64,000 nt of DNA. Origin: Methanotrichaceae archaeon. GTDB lineage: Archaea; Halobacteriota; Methanosarcinia; Methanotrichales; Methanotrichaceae. Positions 31,908 through 41,206 of this stretch are shown piece by piece (the stretch's first letter is position 1; each line of letters opens with the position of its first letter). A model generated the notes under the pieces. That model was given only the letters and a program-made list of their open reading frames with translations, did no database searches and was not told where the DNA came from. Position numbers and translations under genes: made by a program. The stretch spans positions 1 through 64,000 of the forward strand of contig CAVWIG010000018.1 in the NCBI GenBank assembly GCA_963754945.1, read 5' to 3'.

Positions 31908-32774
31908 ATGGCAAATGTCTCCCGGACTCCAATGTTGGTGATGCTTCTTTTTGTCATAGCTGTCCAGGTGCTGGCCATCGCTACAATGCCCACCTTCTCT
32001 GCCAGCGGAAACAGGATCTTCGAGAACCCGGAGTCGACGGCCAACCCCATAATCTACATACTGTTCATCATAGGCTTTACAGCCCTGCTGCTCATAGCCA
32101 TGAGGTTGAAGAAAGGATGGATGGTCGGCGGATTCATAATTCTCTCCATAGCGGCAACAATATACTACATCCTGTCGACCTTCGTGGCCCCGGTTCCCGG
32201 GCTGGTCCTGACTTTGGCGTTAGTGTTGCTGTTACGTTTCTATCCGGAATGGTACGTTATCGATGCGATAGGAATCCTGATCTGCGCCGGCATAAGCTCG
32301 CTTTTCGGCATAAGCATGACCACCCTTCCGGCGTTGATCCTGTTGGTAGTCCTGGCCGTGTACGATGCCATCTCAGTTTACAAGACCAAGCACATGGTTA
32401 CCCTGGCCGAGGGAGTGATCGATATCAAGGCTCCCCTGCTCTTTGTGGTGCCTAAGAGAGGGGGGTACAGCTTCAGAAAAGAACAGATGCTTTCGTCGGA
32501 GGATGGAAGAGGTGCTTTTTTCCTTGGCCTCGGAGATGCCATTATTCCCACCGTCTTGGTCATCTCCGCAAACTGGTCCCTTCAAGCGCCTGTCCTCCTG
32601 GGCCTGGGTTTGAACGCTCCCGCGCTAGGAGCCATGCTAGGAACCTACATTGGTTTTGCAGCCCTCATGACGACCTCACGGGACAAGCCTCAGGCCGGGC
32701 TACCTTTCTTAAACGGAGGCACAATTATAGGGTTCCTTGCAGGGTGTGCCCTAGTAGGCGTAAGACCGTTCTGA
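31908..32774 (+). CDS. Presenilin-family intramembrane aspartyl protease (PSH)
   Basis: VYDAISVYKTKHM (YD), LGLGD (GxGD) and QAGLPFLN motifs. Confidence 0.92.
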   Translation: MANVSRTPMLVMLLFVIAVQVLAIATMPTFSASGNRIFENPESTANPIIYILFIIGFTALLLIAMRLKKGWMVGGFIILSIAATIYYILSTFVAPVPGLVLTLALVLLLRFYPEWYVIDAIGILICAGISSLFGISMTTLPALILLVVLAVYDAISVYKTKHMVTLAEGVIDIKAPLLFVVPKRGGYSFRKEQMLSSEDGRGAFFLGLGDAIIPTVLVISANWSLQAPVLLGLGLNAPALGAMLGTYIGFAALMTTSRDKPQAGLPFLNGGTIIGFLAGCALVGVRPF

Positions 32775-32826
32775 ATACCGACACCTTTTTTTGCCTTCCC
32801 AGTCTATTTATTTTAGAGGATTAAAT

Positions 32827-33024
32827 ATGGTAGAAGAGGATGCAGCGGTTTTGGACCAGTTCGTGCCCTTCTGTCCAAAGTGCGGCAACGAGTGTGATCC
32901 AAAGGAGCTGAGAAAGCCGCTGGATGCAGATAAATGGAAGAAGATAATCATCGAGACCATCTACTACTGCAAGGGCTGCGACAACTACTGGAGCGAGGGG
33001 CTGCTTGAGAAAGGTTACAGATGA
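32827..33024 (+). CDS. Small zinc-ribbon protein
   Basis: CPKC...CKGC; ATGA overlap with the downstream deacetylase. Confidence 0.65.
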   Translation: MVEEDAAVLDQFVPFCPKCGNECDPKELRKPLDADKWKKIIIETIYYCKGCDNYWSEGLLEKGYR

Positions 33025-34145
33025 TCTACCTCTATTATACTGATAGGTTCTTGGGCTACAACTTCGGCCCCGAGCACCCCCTGAACCCAGTACGGCTAAT
33101 GTTGGCTTACAAGCTGATAGAGGACTTCGGCTTCCTTGACTGTGACGACGCCAAGCTAGTTGAGCCTAGGCCGGCGAGCGAGGAAGATCTGCTCCTAATC
33201 CACACCCGAGAGTATATAGATGCGGTGAAGACCGAGGAGCCCGATCTGGCCTTTGGCCTGGGCATCGATGACAACCCTGTCTTCAAAGGCATGAACAAGG
33301 CTGCGCGGCTTTTGGCCGGAGGCAGCATAGATGCCGCTAAACTCATGATTGAAGAGGACTGCAGTGCCTTCAACATAGGAGGTGGGCTCCATCACGCCAT
33401 GCCAACACAAGCCTCTGGGTTCTGCATCTTCAACGACATTGCCCTGGCAATCGGCATCCTTAAAAGGCGGTTTAAAAGGATTCTCTATATCGACATAGAC
33501 GGTCACCACGGAGATGGCGTGCAGAATATCTTCTATACAGATCCACAGGTGCTCAAGATCTCCATACATGAATCGGGAAGGTACATCTTCCCGGGTACAG
33601 GCTTCATCGATGAGGTCGGGGAGTACGATGGAAAAGGATACTCGGTCAACATCCCAATGCCCATGTACTCTACCGACGAGACCTACAGGCGAGCTTTTGA
33701 GGAGATTGTTCCCGTGCTCTTCGAGTGGTTCAAGCCGGAGGTAGTGGTGGCTCAGTTTGGGGTGGACACCCACTACTCAGATCCACTAACCAGCCTAAAC
33801 CTGACTATGGAAGGATACAGCTATCTTGTCCATCGGATAAAGGAATTGACAGACCAGTATGCCAGAGGCAGGCTGCTGGCCCTTGGCGGCGGTGGATACA
33901 GCCTGATGGTTGTTCCTTTGGCTTGGACAATAGTCTTCCAGACCATGCGAGGAGGAAGGGTCCCAGAGTTTCTTCCCCCCTGTTGGTCGGAGATGTTCAC
34001 CAACTTCGTGGGACAAGAGCCTCTGTCCCTGCCGGACGTACCTATAAAGATCGGAGAAGAGACCCAAAAGAGAATCTCAGCAGAGTTGAACGAAACCCTC
34101 CTCGGACTCAAAAAATTGCTCTCTGAAATTAACGGAATATTTTAG
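33021..34145 (+). CDS. acuC: AcuC-like lysine deacetylase (HDAC superfamily)
   Basis: YNFGPEHPLNPVRL, GGLHHA, DIDGHHGDGVQ, DTHYSDPL and GGGGY. Confidence 0.88.
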   Translation: MIYLYYTDRFLGYNFGPEHPLNPVRLMLAYKLIEDFGFLDCDDAKLVEPRPASEEDLLLIHTREYIDAVKTEEPDLAFGLGIDDNPVFKGMNKAARLLAGGSIDAAKLMIEEDCSAFNIGGGLHHAMPTQASGFCIFNDIALAIGILKRRFKRILYIDIDGHHGDGVQNIFYTDPQVLKISIHESGRYIFPGTGFIDEVGEYDGKGYSVNIPMPMYSTDETYRRAFEEIVPVLFEWFKPEVVVAQFGVDTHYSDPLTSLNLTMEGYSYLVHRIKELTDQYARGRLLALGGGGYSLMVVPLAWTIVFQTMRGGRVPEFLPPCWSEMFTNFVGQEPLSLPDVPIKIGEETQKRISAELNETLLGLKKLLSEINGIF

Positions 34146-34205
34146 CCCACAACTGGAAGCCTGTTCTTTCGCATCTCCTTTGATCTCTCAATTAAATCTC
34201 TGTGA

Positions 34206-34538
34206 CTATTCATGTAGGGCCAGCCTTGCCCTGGTCAGTTCATCCAGCAGGCTCCTCCTGGCCTCCTGGGCATAGTTCCACAGCTCCGGCCCGCATCTCT
34301 GGCAGTCCCTGGATGCTTCCTCCATGACCTCCACCAGATCGAGAAGCGTCCGGTACATCAGTGGGGCCGTTTCTCTGAGCTTCTGATCGAAAGGGCTCAC
34401 ACATTCTTCGCTAGCAGAAGGGATCAGCAAGCAGCCTCTGAGGTCATCCCAGGCCGTGCAATCGTCGAGAAGGCAAAGTCTGGCAACGAAAGGGCAGGCC
34501 TTCCTCTCGGCCTGCGTCTTATTGGTCAACTCCATCAT
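34206..34538 (-). CDS. Hypothetical Cys-rich protein
   Basis: CPF-x4-C-x4-C-x-AW and CQRC motifs; GAGG upstream. Confidence 0.6.
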   Translation of the reverse strand: MMELTNKTQAERKACPFVARLCLLDDCTAWDDLRGCLLIPSASEECVSPFDQKLRETAPLMYRTLLDLVEVMEEASRDCQRCGPELWNYAQEARRSLLDELTRARLALHE

Positions 34539-34626
34539 GTTCGACCTCTGAAAATGTCAACGCTCATGCAAAGGATCATAAATCACGTCCAACATCAAAA
34601 ATCCCAAAACCTTCAACATCACAATA

Positions 34627-36531
34627 TCAAGACAAGGTCATCATCGGTCTCTTATCAAATACAAGCTTCAGCTCGTGAACTCCTGCCTCGCTCTTCTCGA
34701 TCTCGAACCCCATCTTCTCCAGCAGGTGCAGAGTGGGTGCGTTATCCTCAAGCACCTCGGCAGTGAATCCTAAGAGGCCCTGTTTCTTGGCGAGGTACGT
34801 GAGGTAAGAGTTCAGCTCAGCTCCCACGCCCTTGTTATGGTATTCGTCCTTAACGACAAAAGCCAGCTCTGCCGTGTGTGTGCCCTCATCTACAGAAAAC
34901 TGTCCCACGCCGATGACAGTCTCCCTCTCCTCCCGGCCGATCACGACCAGGATAACCATCTCTTTGGAGTAATCCAGTGCAACGAACTCCTGCAGCCGCC
35001 GGTGGGGCATGTCCTTTCGAGCCGAGGCGAATCTCAGGTACATGCTCTCGTCTGATAACGAATAGAAGAACTCCTTCATGAGTGGCTCATCGCTTATCTT
35101 CACAGGGCGAAGCAGTATCTCCAATCCTGCCTTGGTAATCCTGTGCGTCTCCAGGGCATCAGGGTACTCCCCGGGCACGAACTCCTGGTCCCTGTAGATC
35201 AGGGCCAGCGACCTGGCCTCATCCACCAACCATTGCCTGAAATCAGGGTGAGCTATGGCTATCAGGTCCATGGCCCGCTCCCTGATGTTCTTGCCGTGCA
35301 GGTAAGCTATTCCATACTCCGTAACAACGTAACGAACGTCTCCCCTGATCAGGGTCACACCTGCTCCCTCTTTTAGAAAGGGCACAATCCTTGAAACCCG
35401 GCCGTCTTCTGCAGTGGAGGGAAGGGCGAGGATTGTCTTGCCCCCAGGCGCGAGCACTGCACCTCTCATGAAATCCGCCTGGCCTCCAATTCCGCTGTAG
35501 AACGTCTTTCCGATGGACTCTGCAGTGGCCTGTCCTGTGAGGTCTATCTCCAGAGCGCTGTTTATAGCCGTCATTTTTTGCTGCCTGGCTATGACCAGAA
35601 GGTCGTTGGTGTAGTCGATGGTCCTGAACTCGACCGCCTGGTTCCTGTGAAGGTAGTCGTAGGTCTCCTTCTTTCCCATACAAAAGGAGGCCACGGCTTT
35701 TCCTCGATCGATGTTCTTTTCAGAGTTATCCAGGGCCCCGGCCTTCATCAGCTCAGCAACGCCGTCGCTGAACAGCTCGCTGTGAAGCCCTAGGTGTTTC
35801 TTGCCTGCTAGATTAGCCAACACCGCGTTGGGTACACTACCGTATCCCACCTGAAGGGTGGACCCATCCTCGACCAGCCGGGCAACATAGCGACCGATCC
35901 TCTGGGCCACGTCTCCAGGAACCAAGTCTCGATACTCTAGCAGGGGCTCGTCGTGGTTCAGGAGAAAGTCGACATCTCGGATATTTATAACTCCATCTCC
36001 ATAAACAAAGGGCATGTTAGAGTTGACCTGGGCTACTACGAGAGACGCCGTCTCAACCGCTGCCTTCACGATGTCTACGCTTACGCCCAGGCTCATGTTA
36101 CCACCGCTGTCCGGCGGAGAGGTCTGGATCAGGGCTATGTCTACGGGTATCACGCCCCGGACAAAAAGATCCGGGACAGACGACAGAAATATAGGAGTAT
36201 AGTCAGCAGCAGTTTTATTTACGGCACCTCTGATGCTGTCTCCTATAAAGAAAGAGTTCAGCCGGAAGTTGTCCTTGAACTTCTCGTCAGCGTATGGAGC
36301 AATGCCGAGAGTCCACACCTGAACCAGCTCAGCATCGAAGAAGGCGGTGGGTTTTCTTTCAATGTAGTCGATTAAGGCTCTAACGAGATACTGGGGCTCG
36401 CCGCAGGCTGTGCCTATGAAGATCCTGTGGCCAGGACGGATATGGTCGAATATCTTATCTTCAGAGGCAAATTTTTCCGGCCATAGCTTCCTAATATTAT
36501 CCAAGTTTACGCCCTTTTCAGCAGCCTCCAT
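34627..36531 (-). CDS. Acetyl-CoA hydrolase/CoA-transferase domain fused to a C-terminal GNAT acetyltransferase
   Basis: TLQVGYGSVPNAV, HSELFSDG and SGIGGQADFMRGA (family I CoA transferase); LSDESMYLRF and AELAFVVKDEYHNKGVG (Pat-type GNAT). Confidence 0.9.
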   Translation of the reverse strand: MEAAEKGVNLDNIRKLWPEKFASEDKIFDHIRPGHRIFIGTACGEPQYLVRALIDYIERKPTAFFDAELVQVWTLGIAPYADEKFKDNFRLNSFFIGDSIRGAVNKTAADYTPIFLSSVPDLFVRGVIPVDIALIQTSPPDSGGNMSLGVSVDIVKAAVETASLVVAQVNSNMPFVYGDGVINIRDVDFLLNHDEPLLEYRDLVPGDVAQRIGRYVARLVEDGSTLQVGYGSVPNAVLANLAGKKHLGLHSELFSDGVAELMKAGALDNSEKNIDRGKAVASFCMGKKETYDYLHRNQAVEFRTIDYTNDLLVIARQQKMTAINSALEIDLTGQATAESIGKTFYSGIGGQADFMRGAVLAPGGKTILALPSTAEDGRVSRIVPFLKEGAGVTLIRGDVRYVVTEYGIAYLHGKNIRERAMDLIAIAHPDFRQWLVDEARSLALIYRDQEFVPGEYPDALETHRITKAGLEILLRPVKISDEPLMKEFFYSLSDESMYLRFASARKDMPHRRLQEFVALDYSKEMVILVVIGREERETVIGVGQFSVDEGTHTAELAFVVKDEYHNKGVGAELNSYLTYLAKKQGLLGFTAEVLEDNAPTLHLLEKMGFEIEKSEAGVHELKLVFDKRPMMTLS

Positions 36532-36826
36532 CGAGAATTCCTCTTTCCCAGAATTACAGAAATAGATCCGAACACAGGTTTGTAGGTTAACGAGATATCA
36601 TCCGTCTCGCATACTTATTTCGATTAAATTCTGCACAAGATATCACATATATTTCAGTAACTCTTTCTATTTATTCCTGAGCTAACACCACTAATTTTTT
36701 TCTTTACGTGCAAGATGTAGATGGCTTTAGATCGAAAAGCCCCACGGCGCCATTCTTTAATATCCAAAAGGAGATCTCAGAGAGGATAATTGGTTTTCAG
36801 AAAAACAGGGAGCATCGACTGACATA

Positions 36827-37885
36827 ATGGATCTTATGAAGGAAGGGGCAATCACCTTCGATACGGAAGGCGTCTTCTTCAACCCTAGGATGAGGCTGAA
36901 TAGGGACATAGGCGTTGCTATGGTCAGAGCCCTGGGCATCTCCGAGTACCTGGATGGGTTGTCTGCCAGCGGTATCAGGGGCCTGCGGGTTGCAAGAGAG
37001 GCCGGAGTCGAGAAGGTTACCCTGAACGACGTAAGCCCTGGTGCGTACCAGTGCATCCTGAGGAACATGGCCAGAAATGATCTACAAAGATGCGAGGCCT
37101 GCTGCTGCAACGCCAACGCCCTGATGCACGAAAGGCACTTTGAGACTGTAGATCTGGATCCCTTCGGATCGCCATCGCCCTTCCTCTCTGCTGCTTCTAG
37201 GTCGACGCTATCCTACCTCTTCATAACGGCCACTGATACCGCTCCTCTCTGCGGGGCTCACTTAAATAGTGGCATTCGAAAGTACATGGCCCTGCCCGTC
37301 AAGGCCGAGTACCACCGAGAAATGGGGGCCAGAATTCTCCTGGGGCTGGCTGCCAGGGAGCTGGCAAGGCTCGACAAAGCCATGGAGCCCCTGCTCACGC
37401 ACGTCACAGAGCACTATGTCAGGACCTATCTCCGGGTTCTGCACGGAGCGAAATTAGCCGATCGTTGCCTGGAAAAAATAGGCTTTGTGGAGCACTGCTT
37501 TTCTTGCGGCAACTTCAGGGCCCTGGCTGAACCCAGAGCTGAACCATGCACCAACTGTGGAGGCCGGACTGTCCTAGCAGGCCCCCTTTGGCTGGGGGAG
37601 ATACAGGACAAAAGAACCATCGAGATGGCTGTTCCGTACGTAGACGAGATGAACAAAAGCGCCATTAAGCTTCTGGAATCCTGCCGCAATGAGGAGGATG
37701 TACCCATGTACTACGATCATCACAGGCTGTGCCGGAGGCTTGGCATAACTCCCAAGAAAGTGGATCAGCTCGTAGAAGCTCTGCGCGATTCAGGCTGGAA
37801 GGCGTCCCGAACCCATTTCACAGGCGTTGGCATCAAGACAGATGCAGGTGTTAGAGAGGTGGAGGCGATCTTGAGGCTTCCCTGA
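36827..37885 (+). CDS. trm1: tRNA (guanine-N2)-dimethyltransferase Trm1
   Basis: FFNPRMRLNRD, SASGIRGLR, DLDPFGSP, TATDTAPLCG and GPLWLG. Confidence 0.95.
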   Translation: MDLMKEGAITFDTEGVFFNPRMRLNRDIGVAMVRALGISEYLDGLSASGIRGLRVAREAGVEKVTLNDVSPGAYQCILRNMARNDLQRCEACCCNANALMHERHFETVDLDPFGSPSPFLSAASRSTLSYLFITATDTAPLCGAHLNSGIRKYMALPVKAEYHREMGARILLGLAARELARLDKAMEPLLTHVTEHYVRTYLRVLHGAKLADRCLEKIGFVEHCFSCGNFRALAEPRAEPCTNCGGRTVLAGPLWLGEIQDKRTIEMAVPYVDEMNKSAIKLLESCRNEEDVPMYYDHHRLCRRLGITPKKVDQLVEALRDSGWKASRTHFTGVGIKTDAGVREVEAILRLP

Positions 37886-38121
37886 ACAACTTGCGCAGCA
37901 TTTATATTAAGATCTGTTAAATTTGCTTAAATTCAAAACGATTATTATGTCCTTGAGGGTAGTTATTGGGACCTAAAACTTAATAAAGGAGAAGGTATAA
38001 GATAGTGATAGCTGCAACATAGTAGTTGCGGGCTTATGCGGCACGAGGTGACGTTTATTACCCCCTTCATTGCTACTCCCTTTCGCATCTCGTGCCATCC
38101 CTTCTAACATTTGGTTCTGAC

Positions 38122-38481
38122 ATGAGTTCCCTACATCTAGCAGATATAGCCAGTTCCCAATGGCGACTCATTATATACTTCATAATCGGCGGGTCGGTGA
38201 CTGCCCTGACCACATACTTTGCCTCAGTGGGCAAGGGCACCCTATCAGCATTTATCGTCACTCTGCCCCTTCTGACTGCCCTTACCTTCATCCTCATCGA
38301 CGCCGAGGGCGGGAACGACGTTGTTCTAAATTACGCCAGGGGCCTTCTTATTTTTACACCGCCGTGGATCAGCTACGTATTAGTGGTGATGGTAGGAGTA
38401 GAGCGGTGGGGAGTCTTTAAGTCGGTAGGCTTAGGGATCGCAGTTTACGTTACCCTGTCATATTTGGTTAAATCTTTTTAA
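38122..38481 (+). CDS. Small membrane protein (DUF3147/GlpM-like)
   Basis: Four hydrophobic segments with FIIGG and AFIVTLP patterns; start trimmed to the ATG at 38122. Confidence 0.65.
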   Translation: MSSLHLADIASSQWRLIIYFIIGGSVTALTTYFASVGKGTLSAFIVTLPLLTALTFILIDAEGGNDVVLNYARGLLIFTPPWISYVLVVMVGVERWGVFKSVGLGIAVYVTLSYLVKSF

Positions 38482-38523
38482 CATCCCAAAAGCATCAAAT
38501 ATGCGCCTGCCCATTGATTGAAC

Positions 38524-39177
38524 ATGAGGATTGCTCTGGTTGGCGGCACAGGAGACATAGGAAGCGGTTTTGCCCTGCGATGGGCAGAACGTCATGAGAT
38601 CATCATAGGTTCAAGAAAAGAGGATAAGGCCCAGGAGAGCGCTGCACATGTACGGGAAGTCCTGGGGGGAGGAAACGTCATCGGCACGGACAACAAAAGC
38701 GCTGTTGAATCTTCCGACCTGGTGGTGCTCTGTGTGCCTCATGAGCACCTCATTTCGGTCACCTCAGACCTGAGAGATTCCTACTCTGGCCAAGTTGTAG
38801 TCTCCCCCGTCGTTCCCATGAGCTACAACGGAAAGCACTTCGCCTTCACCCCTCCGGCAGAGGGCTGTGCAGCCCTGCAGGCCCAGTCACTTCTTCCCGG
38901 TGGAACCAGGATAGTGTCCTCTTTCCACACGATCTGTGCGGCCGCCCTTCAGGATAGGTCCAGAGAACTCCAGGGCGACGTGATGATCTGCGGAGACGAC
39001 ATCGAATCCAAAGAGGTTGTGGCCGGCCTGGTAAGAGAGGTGAAAGCTCTTAGGCCATTGGATGCTGGACCATTGAGCGCGTCCGGTCTAATCGAGTCTC
39101 TTACTCCCATGCTCCTCAACGTGGCTAGGCGAAACAAGATAAAAGACGCCGGGATCAAGATAATCCAGGAGAGGTAA
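38524..39177 (+). CDS. npdG: NADPH-dependent F420 reductase
   Basis: GGTGDIGSGFALRW, IIIGSR, ICGDD, DAGPL and IESLTPML. Confidence 0.93.
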   Translation: MRIALVGGTGDIGSGFALRWAERHEIIIGSRKEDKAQESAAHVREVLGGGNVIGTDNKSAVESSDLVVLCVPHEHLISVTSDLRDSYSGQVVVSPVVPMSYNGKHFAFTPPAEGCAALQAQSLLPGGTRIVSSFHTICAAALQDRSRELQGDVMICGDDIESKEVVAGLVREVKALRPLDAGPLSASGLIESLTPMLLNVARRNKIKDAGIKIIQER

Positions 39178-39204
39178 TTCCAAATTATACTGCTTCGCTT
39201 CTTG

Positions 39205-40311
39205 TCATCTCCCAGAGCATAGTTCCATGGCCCTGACCAGGTCCTCTCTAGAAAGAATGCCCACCAGCCGACCATTCTCAATCACGGGGAGCCTTCTAAC
39301 TCCCAGCTCGGTCAGCTTCTTCATGGCGGCCGTTGCTTCTTCATCCGGTCCGATGTCAAATATCTTTTTGGCCATTACATCGCCCACAGTGGTGGTTTGC
39401 CGGAGCGTCTCAGCAACTCGCTGTATGTCAGCCGTTGTCACCATGCCTAAAAGCTCATCTCCATCCACCACCGGATAACCTCTGTGCTTTTCCCTGAAGA
39501 CCAAATCGGTCAGCTCCCGGAGGCTCATACCAGGAGGAACCGTATGGACATCGGAGGACATTATGTTCCTGACCTTTATGCCCTCCAGGCAGATATTGAT
39601 GGTGGTTGCCCGCTCCTCCTCTGAGGCACCTATGTAGATGAAGAAAGCAATCACCAACAGGAGAATGCCACCAGAGAAAAGGCCAAAGATGCCCATGAGT
39701 ATCGCGAACATCTTTCCAATGCTGGCTGCTCTATTGGTAGCAGTTACGTAGGGCATCCGTGTGGCAAGCCACGACCGCAGAACCCGACCCCCATCCATGG
39801 GAAACGCTGGTAGGAGGTTGAAGACCATCAATATCAGGTTCACAACCCCTAGGGTCGCTAAGAGAACTGTTAAAGGATGAGCTGCCCCAATCAATCTCGA
39901 TACTTGGACGTAGAGAAGGATGCATGCCAGCCCAATGATGCCGCTTACGCCCGGGCCGGCAAAGGCCATCTCGAACTCCAGCTTGGGATTCCTTGGGATG
40001 TCCTCCATGGATGAGACTCCTCCAAAGAAATAAAGAGTGATAGACCTTATACCGATCCCATAGACTCGGGCCACATAAGAGTGACCCAGCTCATGCAGAG
40101 CTACGCAGGCAAAGAGAAGTATGGCGAAGGCGAATGAGTAAAGCCACTTGACTTGCATCGGCTCTACGGTGCCGAACCCATATGGGATACCGTATATCGG
40201 CTGGCTCAGATATCCAAATCCAACACCTACGTACACGATGATAGCTAGAAAGGTCCAGTGAAGCCTTACTGGAATCCCCATGACCTTCCCTATCTGGATG
40301 GAGGTGTTCAT
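39205..40311 (-). CDS. Site-2 (M50) metalloprotease with tandem CBS domains
   Basis: HELGH, AGP and FNLLPAFPMDGGR motifs; C-terminal CBS pair. Confidence 0.93.
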   Translation of the reverse strand: MNTSIQIGKVMGIPVRLHWTFLAIIVYVGVGFGYLSQPIYGIPYGFGTVEPMQVKWLYSFAFAILLFACVALHELGHSYVARVYGIGIRSITLYFFGGVSSMEDIPRNPKLEFEMAFAGPGVSGIIGLACILLYVQVSRLIGAAHPLTVLLATLGVVNLILMVFNLLPAFPMDGGRVLRSWLATRMPYVTATNRAASIGKMFAILMGIFGLFSGGILLLVIAFFIYIGASEEERATTINICLEGIKVRNIMSSDVHTVPPGMSLRELTDLVFREKHRGYPVVDGDELLGMVTTADIQRVAETLRQTTTVGDVMAKKIFDIGPDEEATAAMKKLTELGVRRLPVIENGRLVGILSREDLVRAMELCSGR

Positions 40312-40359
40312 GATACTAACTTGACTGCCGCATTAATAGATCTTTTGACAACTTTATCG

Positions 40360-40483
40360 ATTAAGAGCAGGATCTATCACCAGAGAGTCTAATGAAATGA
40401 GCAAGGCTTGATCTGGAGCCAAGTGAGCGGGTAGGAGAGTGGGGGTTCAGTGTGGATTTGGAAAATAAGCAATACCCGCTCGT
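40360..40483 (-). ncRNA. Candidate small non-coding RNA (or long leader of the M50 protease gene)
   Basis: BRE/TATA (CGAAACCTTTATAT, ~40505-40518 minus); 9-bp stem GAGCGGGTA/TACCCGCTC (40425-40433 / 40473-40481) at the expected start; second hairpin GGCT/AGCC. The 3' end is uncertain. Confidence 0.4.
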
Positions 40484-40623
40484 TATTACTGAAAGAAGAT
40501 TAAGATATAAAGGTTTCGAATGCCAATGTGGTCGTTCTGCAAGGACCACGTAATAAAGCCTAGAAGGTGGACCTAGGCAGGGTTCGAAGAACAATGAGTG
40601 ATTGGATTACTTCCAAAAAGGAC

Positions 40624-41199
40624 TCAGCCCCTAGATCGCATCGCATAAACATTAACCAGATATCTTACCTGAGAGCTGTGTTCTGCCATACACGCCATGG
40701 CGTATGCCTCGGCCAGGCATTGGCCTTTAGCAAAAACACCGTGACCTCGGGCTATGCAGACGTTGTGAGAATGAAGGGCTACTGACACTTTTGCTGCCAG
40801 ATCGCTAGATCCGAATTCGGCATCGACCACGGGCATGGGTCCGAGGAAATGGCGCCCTTCGCTGTCTATCGGCTCCACCTGTTCGGCTTCGATCAGCGAG
40901 AGGGCAACAGCGTAGGGAGAGTGAGTGTGAATCACAGATTGTGCAGTTGTTCCCTGATAGACGGCTCGGTGGACACAGGTCTCAGAGCTTGCCGTCGCGT
41001 CTTGTGCGCATGGTCCACTCAGGTCTACTTCCACTACCTGGGTCCGGTCCAGCTCATCGAGCATCGAGCCCGACTTGGTGATGACGATCTTGTCTCCTTG
41101 GAGGGCGCTGATATTTCCAAAACGCGAACTTGTTAGTCCAGATAAGACGGCCTTTCTGCCGAATCTGGAGATCTCCTTACACAGGGTTGTATCGATCAT
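40624..41199 (-). CDS. Class II aldolase/adducin family protein (fuculose-1-phosphate aldolase-like)
   Basis: FGNIS, ASSETCVHRAVY, HTHSPY and ARGHGVFA zinc-ligand motifs. Confidence 0.9.
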   Translation of the reverse strand: MIDTTLCKEISRFGRKAVLSGLTSSRFGNISALQGDKIVITKSGSMLDELDRTQVVEVDLSGPCAQDATASSETCVHRAVYQGTTAQSVIHTHSPYAVALSLIEAEQVEPIDSEGRHFLGPMPVVDAEFGSSDLAAKVSVALHSHNVCIARGHGVFAKGQCLAEAYAMACMAEHSSQVRYLVNVYAMRSRG

Positions 41200-41206
41200 C
41201 TCTGCC

